Notes: generated by a model not told the origin, from the sequence alone. A DNA stretch of 63,865 nt, filler included, from Reticulomyxa filosa (GCA_000512085.1; 15 parts of 15 records of this genome joined end to end with filler, not necessarily neighbours in it); one strand, 5' to 3'. Numbered from the whole stretch's first letter, positions 25,222 to 37,858 are shown. A program made the numbers and translations.

Positions 25222-26124
25222 ATGGCACATTATCTAGTTACAGGTGGCGCTGGATTTATTGGTTCACATTTAGTTGATTTCCTAATCAAGCAAGGCCATA
25301 AAGTAAGAGTTATAGATAACCTCAGTTTTGGTAAGGAAAAAAATTTAAATCCGCATTGTGAATTTATCAATGCAGATATATTGGACTATAAGAATTTAGA
25401 AAAATGCTTCGATCAAATAGATGGCTGTTTCCATTTAGCAGCGATTGCTTCTGTACAATATTCTATCGCTAATTGGATTGAATCTAATCAAGTGAACCTT
25501 TTAGGTACTATAAAAGTTTTCAAATCAGCTGCTACATATAAAACACCTATTGTATACGCTTCTTCAGCCGCTGTATACGGTAATCAAACCAATACCATAT
25601 TATCTGAAGAATTACTACCAAATCCTGTTTCACCATATGCAGCTGACAAATATGCTTGTGAATTACAAGCTAAAGCATTTAACGCAGTACATGGTTTAAA
25701 ATCGACAGGTTTAAGATTTTTTAACGTTTATGGCCCTCGACAAAGCACTGATTCAGCTTATTCTGGTGTCATCTCTGCGTTTTATCATCGCATAAAAAAC
25801 AATTTGCCTATAGATATTTATGGAGATGGTATGCAATCTCGAGATTTTATACATGTGGATGATGTCGTTAGGTTAATTTCAAAAGCAATGGAATTAACTA
25901 CAAACAATTATGTTGATGTCATTAATATTTGCACTGGTATAGGAACTTCCATTAATCACATCGCACAAACTATGTTCAAAATATTTGGGCAAGTTAAAAT
26001 TAATTATAACCCTGCCAGAAAAGGAGAAGCAAAAATCTCAATCGGAAGTAATGCTAAATTATTGAATCAATTCAAATTATCTCCAACGATAGAACTACAG
26101 AATGGATTACAAAATTTGGATTAA
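25222..26124 (+). CDS. NAD-dependent sugar epimerase/dehydratase (GalE/WbpP-like SDR)
   Basis: TGGAGFIGSH, HLAA, YASSAAVYG, PYAADK (YxxxK), LRFFNVYGPRQ, GDGMQSRDF. Confidence 0.93.
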   Translation: MAHYLVTGGAGFIGSHLVDFLIKQGHKVRVIDNLSFGKEKNLNPHCEFINADILDYKNLEKCFDQIDGCFHLAAIASVQYSIANWIESNQVNLLGTIKVFKSAATYKTPIVYASSAAVYGNQTNTILSEELLPNPVSPYAADKYACELQAKAFNAVHGLKSTGLRFFNVYGPRQSTDSAYSGVISAFYHRIKNNLPIDIYGDGMQSRDFIHVDDVVRLISKAMELTTNNYVDVINICTGIGTSINHIAQTMFKIFGQVKINYNPARKGEAKISIGSNAKLLNQFKLSPTIELQNGLQNLD

Positions 26125-26237
26125 GACTTCCATTTAATCGAACAACCAATACTTGGAAATTGTTCTCCCTTAAACATAGGGGATTGCTAACATTTAGATA
26201 CATGTTATACTAGGAGAGCAACTAGTATGGAGTGATA

Positions 26238-26346
26238 ATGCATTGCAGGTTTTGTAATTCAGAAAAATATGTCAGGCATGGTTTAACAAGAGGTAAACAA
26301 AAGTTTTTATGCAAAAACTGCAATAAGCACTTTGTAGTTGATTTAG
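26238..26346 (+). mobile_element. N-terminal zinc ribbon of an IS1/IS1595-like transposase, cut by contig end
   Basis: MHCRFCNSEKYVRHGLTRGKQKFLCKNCNKHF matches C..C.S...V..G...GKQ...CK.C...F. Confidence 0.7.
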
Positions 26347-26499
26347 NNNNNNNNNNNNNNNNNNNNNNNNNNNNNNNNNNNNNNNNNNNNTTAATTAATT
26401 AANNNNNNNNNNNNNNNNNNNNNNNNNNNNNNNNNNNNNNNNNNNNTCAATACACTTGATAATAAGGTTTAATAAGATATCGATTGTATTGATTATATT

Positions 26500-27060
26500 A
26501 TTTGTGTATTTCAACAGAAACTTTAGATGTTGTTGTCCAATATTACAAACAAAGTTTTAAGGAATATACTTGGTCGTGTGCACACTTGCTTTGTGATATC
26601 AGTGAAATTAAGTGAACAGCAATTGGATGATGTTATTGAATTATTCATGGATACTTGGTAACAAAGATAAAGATATTCATTATAGATGTGCATTACCAAA
26701 TGTTTGCATTTCTGATGAATGCTTTTGAGAGTGAAAAAAAATACAATTTGTGATTACTACTTGCAACGATTTCATCACAATTGGAAGGAAAAAGTTAACG
26801 CATTCCAGCGTTTCATTTCATATTTTATAATTGGTGTTATGATACGACTCAATTTATAATGAAATTGGGAAACAATTTGATAATCCTTTTAATTATTTAA
26901 TTAATAAATTAAATTGTGAGAGATATATAATCGATGAATGAAAACAATTCCTTTCAATAAATCTCATTCAGCCAATGGACATGGATTAATTCAATCCTGT
27001 TTAGTTGTTATTTCAAATCAAATGGTCCAGACCTTGATGAAAGCAAAGAATGGTTAAAAC
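26500..27060 (+). pseudogene. Degraded HEAT-like repeat gene of an expanded eukaryotic family
   Basis: Broken fragments such as WSCAHLL / ISVKLSEQQLDDVIE / LLATISSQLEGK, with many stops and frameshifts. Boundaries approximate. Confidence 0.45.
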
Positions 27061-27763
27061 GATATAATGGTATGATTTATGCATGATTTAGAGACCAAGA
27101 ATACAAGTGCAAAACTGTTCGACAGAAGACTGTCTGTATGTGTGAAGATGCCAGCAAACGGACACAACATGAACGCACATGACGAGGAGTTGTTAGTGGA
27201 GAATGAACTGAAAGAGTTGACGAATGCGACCACACTCACATATCGCGTAGTGTTCTACAACAGCACATTAAGTTATCTTTGCGACATTAACATATGGCGC
27301 GCTCGAACACAACCTCGAAAATGTACTGTGTCAGTACATGTATGAAGTTCATTTGTCCAGTGATGCTCTTTCATCCGTATACGTAGATAGCGGTCATATC
27401 ACTTCACAAGAACCACCCATGACTGGACCTTCTTACCAGTTCCTGCCCTATTTGGTGGCACTGAAACCACGTCACAGCATGTTACTGTCTCTTATAGCTA
27501 TTTGCTCCTTGATGATACTTTTTTAAAAAAAAAGAATGTGGGTATCTTTTTACATTTTTGTGTACGCTGTTTAAAATGTGTTAACTTATTGTGGATATCA
27601 TTTGTTTATTCTTTTTTTTTCTCAATTTTTTTTAGCCAGNNNNNNNNNNNNNNNNNNNNNNNNNNNNNNNNNNNNNNNNNNNNTTAATTAATTAANNNNN
27701 NNNNNNNNNNNNNNNNNNNNNNNNNNNNNNNNNNNNNNNAAAAAAAAAAAAACAGAGAGAATG

Positions 27764-28701
27764 TCACACCTTGTTGCACTTGGAACAATCGAAAGGTTTT
27801 TTATGACGACGATTGAGATGAACGGCATGCCAATAGTGATTGGTATACTTTTTGGGACATAGCTTGCAATGGATGATCTCATTCGCTTCGCCCACATAAG
27901 CAGGAATGAAGAACTCCTCAATCGCAAACTTGATCAAGCGTGTCTGACCTAGTGGGGACAACTCGTACGAAGAGACCCACTGAACCAAGTCACGCGTGAT
28001 ATATTCAAGGTCATTGGTTTGAATCAAAGGGATGCTTTTCAGGTCGTCCGCTGTGATCAATCGTTCCAAATACTCTCTCACACTGCCCTTATTCTGTCCA
28101 TTGTCCGTGTTGTCTTCGTTTTCTTTCTTATTTTCATTTGCTTGGTCTTTGTTTGTGCTTCGTCCCAATTGCGGATGCACGTGCAACAAAATGGTCTTAC
28201 GGCTTTGCGCATTCTCTTTGCTCACTGGTCGGGGGACGTGCGCGTGCATTCGAGCCAATATCGCTCGCGTGCTGTGCAACAGATATTTACAAACTTCTCT
28301 TGAGCTGGGCGGAAGTGGAATTTTTTTTGTTAATGCCATATAATATCGCGTAATTGATTTTCCCAAACTCGGTACCATCGCACTAAAATTGCTCACACTC
28401 TCTTCAAATGCAAGTAATAACACGTCACACGAATACATCAAACGTGAAACTATATGAAGGTTCGAGTAGGATTTTGGACCGTTGAATACATACATCTCCA
28501 GAAACTTGCATGGTTCGTCGGCTCATTGCCGTCAGTCGTTTTCTTTTCATCTAGTGCAAAACGGTACACTACAAAGTTTCGATCTAACGAGGTTTGGATC
28601 ACTTGTTTCTTCTGTAAAATAGTTGACAATATACTTTCGGAATAACGTAATTCTTCTGTTGGTGGATCCTCCAACACTAAAATTTTTAATGTAGACATCA
28701 A
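27764..28701 (-). CDS. C2H2 zinc-finger protein with possible degenerate small-GTPase-like N-terminal region; frameshift near 28500-28530; 3' truncated
   Basis: CKLCPKKYTNHYWHAVHLNRRH-KKPFDCSKCNK is a C2H2 finger plus linker. Overlapping ORFs give KILVLED and MYSCDVLLLAFE. Confidence 0.55.
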
Positions 28702-29143
28702 TGATGTTAGTTGTAAGGTTCAATTTTTAAAGCTTGGCTCTCTTTGCCGTTACAAGCTTTCTTGAGCTACAATGAAAGTGAATTGTTATCTAATAACTTG
28801 ACCATCAGAGAATGCACAGAGTTTGATTTCTTACAACAAATGTTTGTAATATCATCTTATGGTATGTATGTCCTAGATTATTTTGCTCACAAACCAACAC
28901 GGACCTTGGCACTTTGATTTTGTTTATTATTTGTTATGGGAACGATACCTGGACGTTGTCACTTTGCTGTTTGATACTCCTTAAATTAATTGCTTAATAA
29001 TTTAATTTGATAAAACATATAAGTTTCATTGGAGTTTTCATAGATACAATAGACATATTGTAAAACGTCGTTCAAACTTTTTAAAGCTCTTCTGGTTAAC
29101 ATCAAAAAAGTGAAAATTAAAACGTAATCAAAGTACATTTAAA

Positions 29144-31452
29144 ATGGAAGTAAATGACACGAATTCCCATAGTGCTAACAGAGACATTGAGCCTCGTTTC
29201 CAGTCTTTGGCATCATTGCCTGTCTCGCTTTGCCTTGCTCAATGTGTAATCTACAAGCACGAAATTCTTATTTGTGGAAGTATGACAAGCAACGAATGTT
29301 ACTCCTACCATACACTGAAAAATCAGTACAAGTACATCTGCTCTTATCCAGACAACATCACATTAGAAAATCACAATGTGATAAAACTTGTGAGCAATAA
29401 TCCAAATGATATAATCTTGTTGTATTTTGGTGGGTTTGTGAATGAAATAAAGCATACCTTAATGATGAAATATGTAAGTGTTTGGGATGAAGGAGAAATC
29501 GAACTTAGAAACACAAAGGATTACAATAAATGGATGGATTTTACAAACGACAGCAATGAGCCAATTTGTATTGGAAGAGAAAGTGATGAATATCGTGGAG
29601 TACGTGTTGTGATTGGTGGAAGTAACAATCATTTATTATTTATCGTCTATTGTCCAAATGTTATTGATGTATTTGACTTGAATAAATTGCAACATATTAA
29701 ACGCGATATTTTACCGATTGGCCATGTTTGGGTATTGTTTCATTGTTTTGTATCAAAAATGGAGAATAGAACAGAGCAAATGGGACAAAAGAAAACTGAA
29801 ATGCTATTATTTCGTTGTGAAACAGGACTATCAATTGAATATGATGAAGATAACAATACATTTCAATTTTATACAGTACGCGTTTGTACAACGCTGGGAA
29901 GACTTAAATATTATTCATACATACGCGTCAAAGATGTCATTCTCTTTTTTGGTGGCCATAACTTTACATTTGGGGCGGCAAATACAGTACACAAATATTC
30001 GATTCGAGAAAATAAATGGATGAAATTTGAACATACTTTGCCTATTCCATTATATGGTTGTGCAGGACTCATTAGTGATGATGATACATATGTGCATATT
30101 CTTGGAGGAAAAAATAATGATAATTTTATTTTATCAACACATATGAAAACAGAATTTAAGGCATGGATGGGCAAAGAAACCGAGAAAGAGAAACAATGGA
30201 TTATGGAAGAAGATGAAAAAAGAGAATTAGAAGAGATTAACTCAGAGCTTAAAGAAATGAAACAAGAAATTTCTGCGAAAAAACTGAAAGTTAGCTTGAT
30301 TTCTTATTTGCTATTTGCTGCTATATAGTGCACGAAGGGGTAAGTAAAAAAAATTCAATACATTTTAATTTACGACAAAACAAAATAGAGACAAATAGAA
30401 ATTGAGCATATAATCGAACATTGGCTACGGTTATTGTCTATCAAGAAGGGATGGATTGATGATTTCACTGTTATTGTTTCGCACTATGTTCTGGTACATG
30501 TTTTATGTTTAGTTGATTTCTATTTGAAGTGCATAACGACTAAAAATTGATTTGAAATAGATAAGATATTTTAAACCATTAAAAATCTTTCAAGGACATT
30601 CTGATTTTGTTGACAGTGTGCAATTTTCACCAGACTGTTCCAAAATTGTCTCATCTTCCAAAGACAAAACAATCAGAATATGGAATATAAAATCAGGAAA
30701 AGAAATTCGAATATTGGAAGGACATTTTGATGATGTTAATAATGTAAAATTTTCAACAAAAGGTGATATGCTTGTATCATGCTCAAGAGATAAAACAATT
30801 CGCATATGGGATGTGGAATCGGGACTTGAAATAAGAAAATTCGAAGGACATTCAGATAATGTTGCAAGTGCTCAATTTTTCACCGTGTGGTCGTAACATT
30901 GTGTCTGGTTCATGGGATGGCACTATTCGGTTTTGGGATGTGAATTCTGGACAAGAAATAAAAATATTAGAAGGGCACTCTTCTGTAATTAATGATGTGC
31001 ATTTTTCGCCTGATGGTCAGACAGTTGTATCTTCTTCGAAAGACCAAACCGTTGTCATATGGGATGTAAAATCAGGTAAAAAGATAATAGAATTAGAGAA
31101 TCATTCACATAATGTAACAAGAGCACAATTTTCTTCAGATGCCCTCTCCGTTGTATCCTGTTCAAGAGATAAAACTATTCTAATATGGAATGTGAAATCA
31201 GGAACTGTAGAGCAACAATTGGATGGGCATAACAGTGCGGTGAATGACGTGAAATTTTCACCAGATGGTCAAACTATTGTATCCTGTTCAGAAAGTAAAA
31301 CTATTCGATTATGGGACGTGAAATTTGGAATGGAAATTCAAAAATTACAATGGCACTCTAATTATGTAACGGGAGTAGATTTTTCTTCAGATGGCAACGC
31401 AATTGCTTCTTGTTCTATTGACAAAACAATAAGACTGTGGGATCGATTGTAA
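29144..31452 (+). CDS. Kelch-like propeller + conserved helical linker + 7 WD40 repeats (expanded family); apparent frameshift near 30880
   Basis: Exon 1 Kelch-like (ILFFGG, VHILGG). Middle exon [22 protein letters not shown]. Repeated GH...[19 protein letters not shown]. The frame changes in a T-run. Confidence 0.9.
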
Positions 31453-31873
31453 ACAATACGAAAATTTGCATTAGTTTTTGTTTGTTCAGAAATTTTTTGA
31501 AATCGAATAGGCCAATACAATTTCACCTATTCAAAAATCAGTCCTAACAGACAAAATAGAAAAACTCTGGCCAAAATGAACAAGTTAAAAGGCACAGGAG
31601 AAAAAAAAATCTATCCATTCATGAATCAATGTAATAAAATACAACAAAAAAAGCCCAAACTAAACAGACAAGTCATTAAAATTGAGTGCAAGTTCGATGA
31701 AACATTGCAATACATTTTGGTCATAAACAGCAATAATATTTTTTTGGTAATGCAATTTTGAACAATTTCCTCTCACCAACTTTGCAAAAAAAAAACCAAC
31801 TAAACCACACAAAAACAAAAACTAAACATTTGGAATAACAGGACTGAAAAGTATATGACGATGAAGAGATGCC

Positions 31874-32850
31874 TCATTGTGTTGGATTGGTTTTGTTAAG
31901 CCAAGGAAATTTCAATCGTTTAGAGGCAGTGGTTCGAACTTTTGCAGTACTTGAAGATTTCTTACGAATGGGAAGTCCTTCAGGCAAGCTTTTTAACCAT
32001 TTTTGTTTGTTGACTTGTAAAAAGTTTTTGCTTCTGTTAAAACTCAAAGAACTTTGTCTTTGGCGTGTTTCTGACGGAAAGTTTATTCGTAATTCGCTTG
32101 CCATTTTCAGTAGTTCAAAAGGATCTACCATTGGATAAGATTGGAGTAATTGCAAATTTGTTGCAAAATTTCCTTCCATCAATTCACTGCGTACATTTCT
32201 ATTCATTAAATATCATTTAATCCACCCATTATTATCCAGCATGTTCCCCAAAGTAATATGAGGGAGGAAGAACCCAAAAAAAAAAAAAAAGTGGGGATAT
32301 TCAAACAAAACAAACTGCATCATTGCCACCGCAAAATAAGTCACAAATTGAAATCGGTTGCTATCTGCCAAAACTATCGTGTTATATTAAAACAATGGAA
32401 ACAAGACAACAAATATCGTAACACGTTTTTTTTGTTTGTGAAAAGCAACAAAAAGAAAGAACTTGTGCACGAAATATGCAAAAACGCACGCTCACAATAA
32501 ATAAATAAATAAAAAAAGGAGGTAACAAAACATGAATCCCACAATCTCAAAACATCAGGCAATTGAAACTCCATGGCCATGAGTAGCATAAGCCACCGTA
32601 AAGCGTAGAAGCGAGCGTCCAGCGTCTGTTTTTTGAGAAGAGACCAGAGTTCGGGATCGACACGATGGAGCAAAGCGTCGAATTCATTGACCACAGCCAG
32701 AATTCCAAATTGGGAGTTGTCCGCCGCGGCAATGAATCGATCACTTAAGTGTGACATCAAATTCGTGAAGCAAAAGAATGTATCTGCTTCAGCGAACATC
32801 CCGTCATTCGAAGAGTCGGATGCAAACACAAAATATATTGGAGCCAACTA
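31874..32850 (-). CDS. TBC-domain Rab GAP, TBC1D13-like, 5' truncated
   Basis: LAPIYFVF, AEADTFFCFTNLM, DPELW..L, FYALRW..LL...EF.LPDVLRLWDS; last exon R.EL..GNFATNLQLLQSYP. Confidence 0.88.
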
Positions 32851-33069
32851 GTTTTCATTTTTTTATTTTTATTTTCCCAATTCAATGACCCCCATTGTAT
32901 ATATATATATATATATTTATTTTTTTTTTTATTTTTATTATTAATTNNNNNNNNNNNNNNNNNNNNNNNNNNNNNNNNNNNNNNNNNNNNTTAATTAATT
33001 AANNNNNNNNNNNNNNNNNNNNNNNNNNNNNNNNNNNNNNNNNNNNCCGCCGTGGCCCCGGCAGGCAAA

Positions 33070-33100
33070 CACCCCCCGTCTGCCAGCAGAACGGGGGGTG
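33070..33100 (-). terminator. GC-rich hairpin downstream of dctP (terminator or stabilising stem)
   Basis: CACCCCCCGT...ACGGGGGGTG is a perfect 10-bp stem ~24 nt after the stop, followed by only a short T tract. Confidence 0.55.
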
Positions 33101-33123
33101 CCATGGCCAGGCTGCTGGCGGGT

Positions 33124-34127
33124 TTAGCGTGCCTGCGCCAGCGCGCCCTGCAGCGCCTTCAGTACCTCGCCGCCACCGTTGGCCGCAAAACGGTCGAACG
33201 CCGGCTTGGCCTTGTCGCGCATGCGCTTGAGCTCGGCGTCGCTCACCTTGTTGATCTGCATGCCCTGCTGCGTCAGGAAGCTGACGCTGCGCATCGCCTC
33301 GGCGCGGGTATCCTTGCGCTCGAAGGCGCGCGACACCACGGCGGCATCCTGCAGGATCTTCTGCTCGTCACGCGACAGGCCGTCCCACCATTTCTTGCTG
33401 ACGGTCACCACCCACGGGCTGTAGACGTGCTTGGTAATGGACAGGTATTTCTGCACCTCGTAGAACTTGCTGGACTGGATGGTGTTCACCGGGTTTTCCT
33501 GGCCGTCCACCGCCCGCGTTTCCAGCGCGGTAAACAGCTCGGCAAAGGCCAGCGGCACCGCGTTGGCGCCAAAACTGTTGAACATGTCGATGTATACCGG
33601 GTTTTGCATCACCCGCAGCTTGATGCCCTGAAAATCCTCGAAGCGGGTAATCGGGCGCTTGGTGTTGGTCACGTTGCGAAAGCCGTTTTCCCAGTACGCC
33701 AGCCCCACCATGCCCTTGGCCGGTAGCCGCGCCAGCAGCGATTGGCCGAAAGCACCGTCCAGCACCTTGTCGGCCTCCTGCTCGTTGCTGAACAGGAACG
33801 GCAGGTCGTAGACGCCGAAATCCTTCTCGATCCCCACCAGCGTGGCGGTAGAGCCCACCATCATCTCCTGCGCGCCACCGATCAGCGCGTTCTGCATCTG
33901 CACGTCGTTGCCCAGCGTGGCCGAAGCAAAGCCTTTCACCTTCAGCTTTGCCGCCGGAGCGCTTGGCCACTTCGTCGGCGAATACCTTCACCGCGCGGCC
34001 CTGGTTGCTGTCTTCGGCCAGGCCGTAGCCAAAGCGGATCAGGCGCGGCTTGATGTCGGCCGCCTGCACCAGCGGTGCGGCCAGGAAACCGGCGGCCAAC
34101 AGGCCGGCCAGTACGGGTTTGAACAGC
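33124..34127 (-). CDS. dctP: TRAP transporter substrate-binding protein (GC-rich proteobacterium); +1 A indel near 33948; 5' truncated
   Basis: Signal peptide, IRFGYGL, DLPFLF, YWENGFRNVTN, KLRVM, ELFTALE..VDGQENP, EVQKYLS.T.H.Y. GGCAAAGCTG would need to be GGC AAG CTG to stay in frame. Confidence 0.93.
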
Positions 34128-34253
34128 NNNNNNNNNNNNNNNNNNNNNNNNNNNNNNNNNNNNNNNNNNNNTTAATTAATTAANNNNNNNNNNNNNNNNN
34201 NNNNNNNNNNNNNNNNNNNNNNNNNNNAAAAAAAAAAAAAAGAAACGCAAAGG

Positions 34254-35265
34254 ATGACAGATGTTTTAAGTTATCGAACTCAAAAAATGTTAAATGAGCA
34301 AGAGAATGCTCAATTAGAATTGGTCGAAGAGGAAAAAGAACTGCCATTGGCACCTCCAAATCCAACAACGGAAGTGGCTCAAAATCAACCACCACCTTCG
34401 ACCAATGGGCCTTTGGAAAGTTTGCCTGAGAAAGCAGAGGACGACAAAAATCAAAAAAAAGTGAAGACACGAGCACAAAAGCAAGAGGAACTTGCCAAAG
34501 CAGCTGCCGAATTGGAATTTTTTTATTTGACGTGCATCGCGGTCAAGGCCAACTTAAGTGAAGAGTTTCCTGAATTTGAAGAGCAAATTCAACTCAACGA
34601 AAATCCAGTCGAATTATACAAAATTGCGCAGGTTCAGGCTATTGAAATGAGTAAATTTGGCATTTGGATTGAAACTCGAATCCGCCAAAAATATAGTCTG
34701 CCCGAACTAGGACACTCGCGTCGATTTAAAATGCCAAAAATTGTGTTTCGACGACCGTCGTTGCATTTGCGTGAAAAGATTCAACATTTGCTGAGTCAAT
34801 CTACGCCCAAAACCGAACAACATAAATCATCTGTTGTGAAAAGTCCTACATTGGTTGATGAAACGGGTAACGCAAATGCTGGAAATAATTCAACCCCTCG
34901 TCTGACTGTTCCCAGTCAAGAACAGCTTAAAATAACGACAAACGCTACTCCCGATCCTGCATTGAATAATGTGGACGCCACTCGTTCATCGGCCAATCCC
35001 GTAAACTCAAACAACTCCACTGGAAATCATGAAGCGATAACAACCATCTCCAATAATACCGATAATAAAAATAACCCACAAATCGAAGTTCAGCAAACCA
35101 CATCAGATCCGCAAGTCGGTGGGCATGAATCAAATACAAATACTTCCAACGAACCAACAACCAACAGTGCTAGAGGATGGTACTATCTATTGTTTTTTTG
35201 TTTTGTTTTGTTGCAAAAAATAAAAATCATTTGTGCTTGATGGTTCCAGCTGTGCCATTCTTTAA
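34254..35265 (+). CDS. Uncharacterised protein with spliced C-terminal CCAIL (CaaX) motif
   Basis: Long ORF. A 70-nt GT..AG intron at 35180-35249 gives ...SARGCCAIL*. Confidence 0.6.
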
Positions 35266-35868
35266 ACATTCGCAGAACAATTTTCAATTGGACTTTAACG
35301 ATGAAAGTACATGGGGACTAAGCACAGAATAATAGAAAGCAGAATAAGAATTTCGCCTCACAATTAAAAAAACAAAAAACGAGTGCTGTGTACATAGTGT
35401 AAGAGTAAGGTGAATTGGAGTGAATAACTGTTTCGACTTGAATATTCAAAATGTAATATTTGAAATTTATCTTTTGGAACTGTGAATGCAACACTAATGA
35501 TAGAAAAAAACTAACTGTTATATGCTAGTTGGTGTAACTTCTAGGTTTTAGTTTTGAAAGGAAATTTTTAAAAGAGAAATAACATTGGTTTCATAAACCA
35601 AACTTGTGATTGAAAATAAGGACAATTTAATCTAACACCTTAAAGGTTTGGTGTTTGTTTAATTTGGAAAAAGTATTTTTTCTAAAATAATTGGGTTTGC
35701 ATCCTCACCACAAGATTTTTTTTTTATGCAGTGTGTGACCCACAATCTCAGAGTTTTGAAATCTTGCCACACAAATGGGCACCAGAACAAGTGCAAGTAA
35801 GGGACAACAAATAAAAATTTTAATGATAACATGATTAAGTTATAGCAATTTTGTTTTTCCAGCACTTA

Positions 35869-36333
35869 TTACATACGTGGAGGCGGGAGCTGCTTTTGCA
35901 AGGCTTGATCAAAGGAACTTTCTTGTGTTAAGAATTCACTCAAATAATCCAATTGCCCAAATGCGCGTGTATTTGTTATCAATGCTCCAACAACAAAAAA
36001 TCCAAAATGCCACCAAAACATTCTTCTTTCCTAAAGTATTTTTAAAAATATTTTGAATATGCAAACAACCTTTAGTATACCAGTTTAAAAGAACAGAATC
36101 AAATTGTATTGGTTAAACTTTTTGAAATAAGGGTTGTACATAATTTGAGAAATATTCTTGTACTCGGCCTTGTTGTTCTTCCTATTAATTCGAAATTTCC
36201 AGACATATCTGATCCGTTATTGTTTTGCTGAAAAACAAAAAAGAAATATTTTTAAAACTGTTGGTTCTTCTTCGTCGCTTTCGTTATGATTTGCGTTTCC
36301 TCTGTTTGGCAATCTTTCGATTCTATTTGACAT
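35869..36333 (-). CDS. Small three-exon single-pass membrane protein, hypothetical (~100 aa)
   Basis: MSNRIERLP..ESDEEEPT / EEQQGRVQEYFSNYVQPLFQK / ERRMFWWHFGFFVVGALIT...PPPRM*, joined by plausible GT..AG introns. Not in the ORF track. Confidence 0.4.
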
Positions 36334-36622
36334 CGTTGATTAGTGGCTTTGGAACTTTTATCTCAAAATCTTTTTTTTGAAATGAAACCCCAGTCGTTTG
36401 CTTTCCGGTAACGTCCTTAAAACTGACACGTCTGTTGAATCAATTTAAAGCGTATTGATATTACTGTCGATGTTGATATGCAACATTAGGTCCAACGAGT
36501 CTTCTCTGTCCGAAGTTAAAATATCAATAGACAAACAGTTAAAACGACCAAAGCTCCCATAACATTTTTTTTTGAATTGTCATCAATTAGTATCATCTTA
36601 TTTGATCATCATTCAATACAAG

Positions 36623-37770
36623 ATGTCAGACAGTTACTGCAATATCTGCAGGACAAAGATAGATGTTAATAAAGTTGTCTTAATTTGTTTTGTTAGGTAG
36701 TGAAAGTGAGTGGGAAGCTGCAGATTATGAAGTTGAAAAGATTGTAGGAATGAAACGGAAGGATGGCACTTGGCACTACAAAGGTTTGTGTGTTGTGCAA
36801 AGGATTGAAGAGTCAGTTTCGAAGAATTTTTTTTTTTTTGATACAATAAAATCAGTTCACTGGAAAGGCTACAGCACGGCAGACGACACTTGGTAAGATC
36901 GTGATCAAGTCATTCAACTGTTTTTTTGTTGTTTTTTTTTTTGTGGAGAGGAACACTATCGTGTATCTTTACAAGAACCTGCATTTCTGTTCAAAACTTT
37001 TTTTTTTTTTTATTTATTAAAAAATGTGATGACAAAAGAAATTGTCGGAAGGAGATGAGAACAAGTAAAAACATTATTACTAAAAAAAACATACCGAATG
37101 TCCAGGGAGCCAGAAGATAACGTGGAAGGTTGTGAGGACCTGATCAAAGACTATGAAAAAGGTATGTTTTATGTATTTGAGAGAAAAAAATATAAAAAAG
37201 TACAAAGCTTGCGTTTTCTTCTAATTTGATTATCGTCAAATAATATCCCTTTCCCCCCCCCCTCCCCTCTCCCCCAAAAAAAAAAAAAATTGGTTAATCA
37301 TATACATATGTATAAGTGTGTATGTGCATAATGATGGTTAAAACAATGTGAAGAGATGAAGATGAAAAAAAGCAAAGAAAAAACAGCCAAATTGACAAAA
37401 ACTGCGAAAAAAGACAAGCCAGCTTCGTCGAAAAGTGACGAAGCCGGAAAAAAGTCCGACGAGAAAAATGGCGAAAAATCGGGCACTGCGTCTAAAGTTG
37501 TGCTTTTTTTTTTTTTTTTTTTTGGAATAACAAATACAACTTTGATGAACATAAAAGTTGCAAACAACCATTTATTTGTGCCAACATTTTTTTTTTTTTT
37601 TTTTTTTTTGGAATGTATATTTATGGAACGATAACAAAGACAAAAGACACACCGAAGAAAAAGGAGGAAGAAGAAAAAGCACACTCAGATCTTGATCTTC
37701 TTATTAATATAAGCAGCGGATCAGAGGCGGACAATGATTCAGAAATTGAAAAAGTCGAGGTGAGTTTGCA
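36623..37770 (+). CDS. Chromodomain protein (HP1-like N-terminus), multi-exon, 3' truncated
   Basis: Spliced DYEVEKIVGMKRKDGTWHYK-VHWKGYSTADDTW-EPEDNVEGCEDLIKDYE, followed by a K/E/S-rich hinge. Confidence 0.88.
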
Positions 37771-37816
37771 CCTTTCCTCGAGCATTCGTGATGTGTTTTC
37801 ACAGACCAAAACATAT

Positions 37817-37858
<42 letters not shown>

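Noticed and set aside
19582-26446. Bacterial genes as horizontal transfer into the eukaryote genome
   Set aside because: The bacterial DNA is confined to its own contig between linkers; no host-bacterial junction is visible.
21630-33950. Programmed frameshifting or genuine pseudogenisation at the single indels in the SBP, GT4, WD40 and dctP genes
   Set aside because: They are single-base shifts mostly in or beside homopolymers and occur in three different organisms, so sequencing error is more parsimonious without reads.
33052-34183. Long plus-strand ORFs over dctP
   Set aside because: Antisense shadows typical of high-GC coding DNA.
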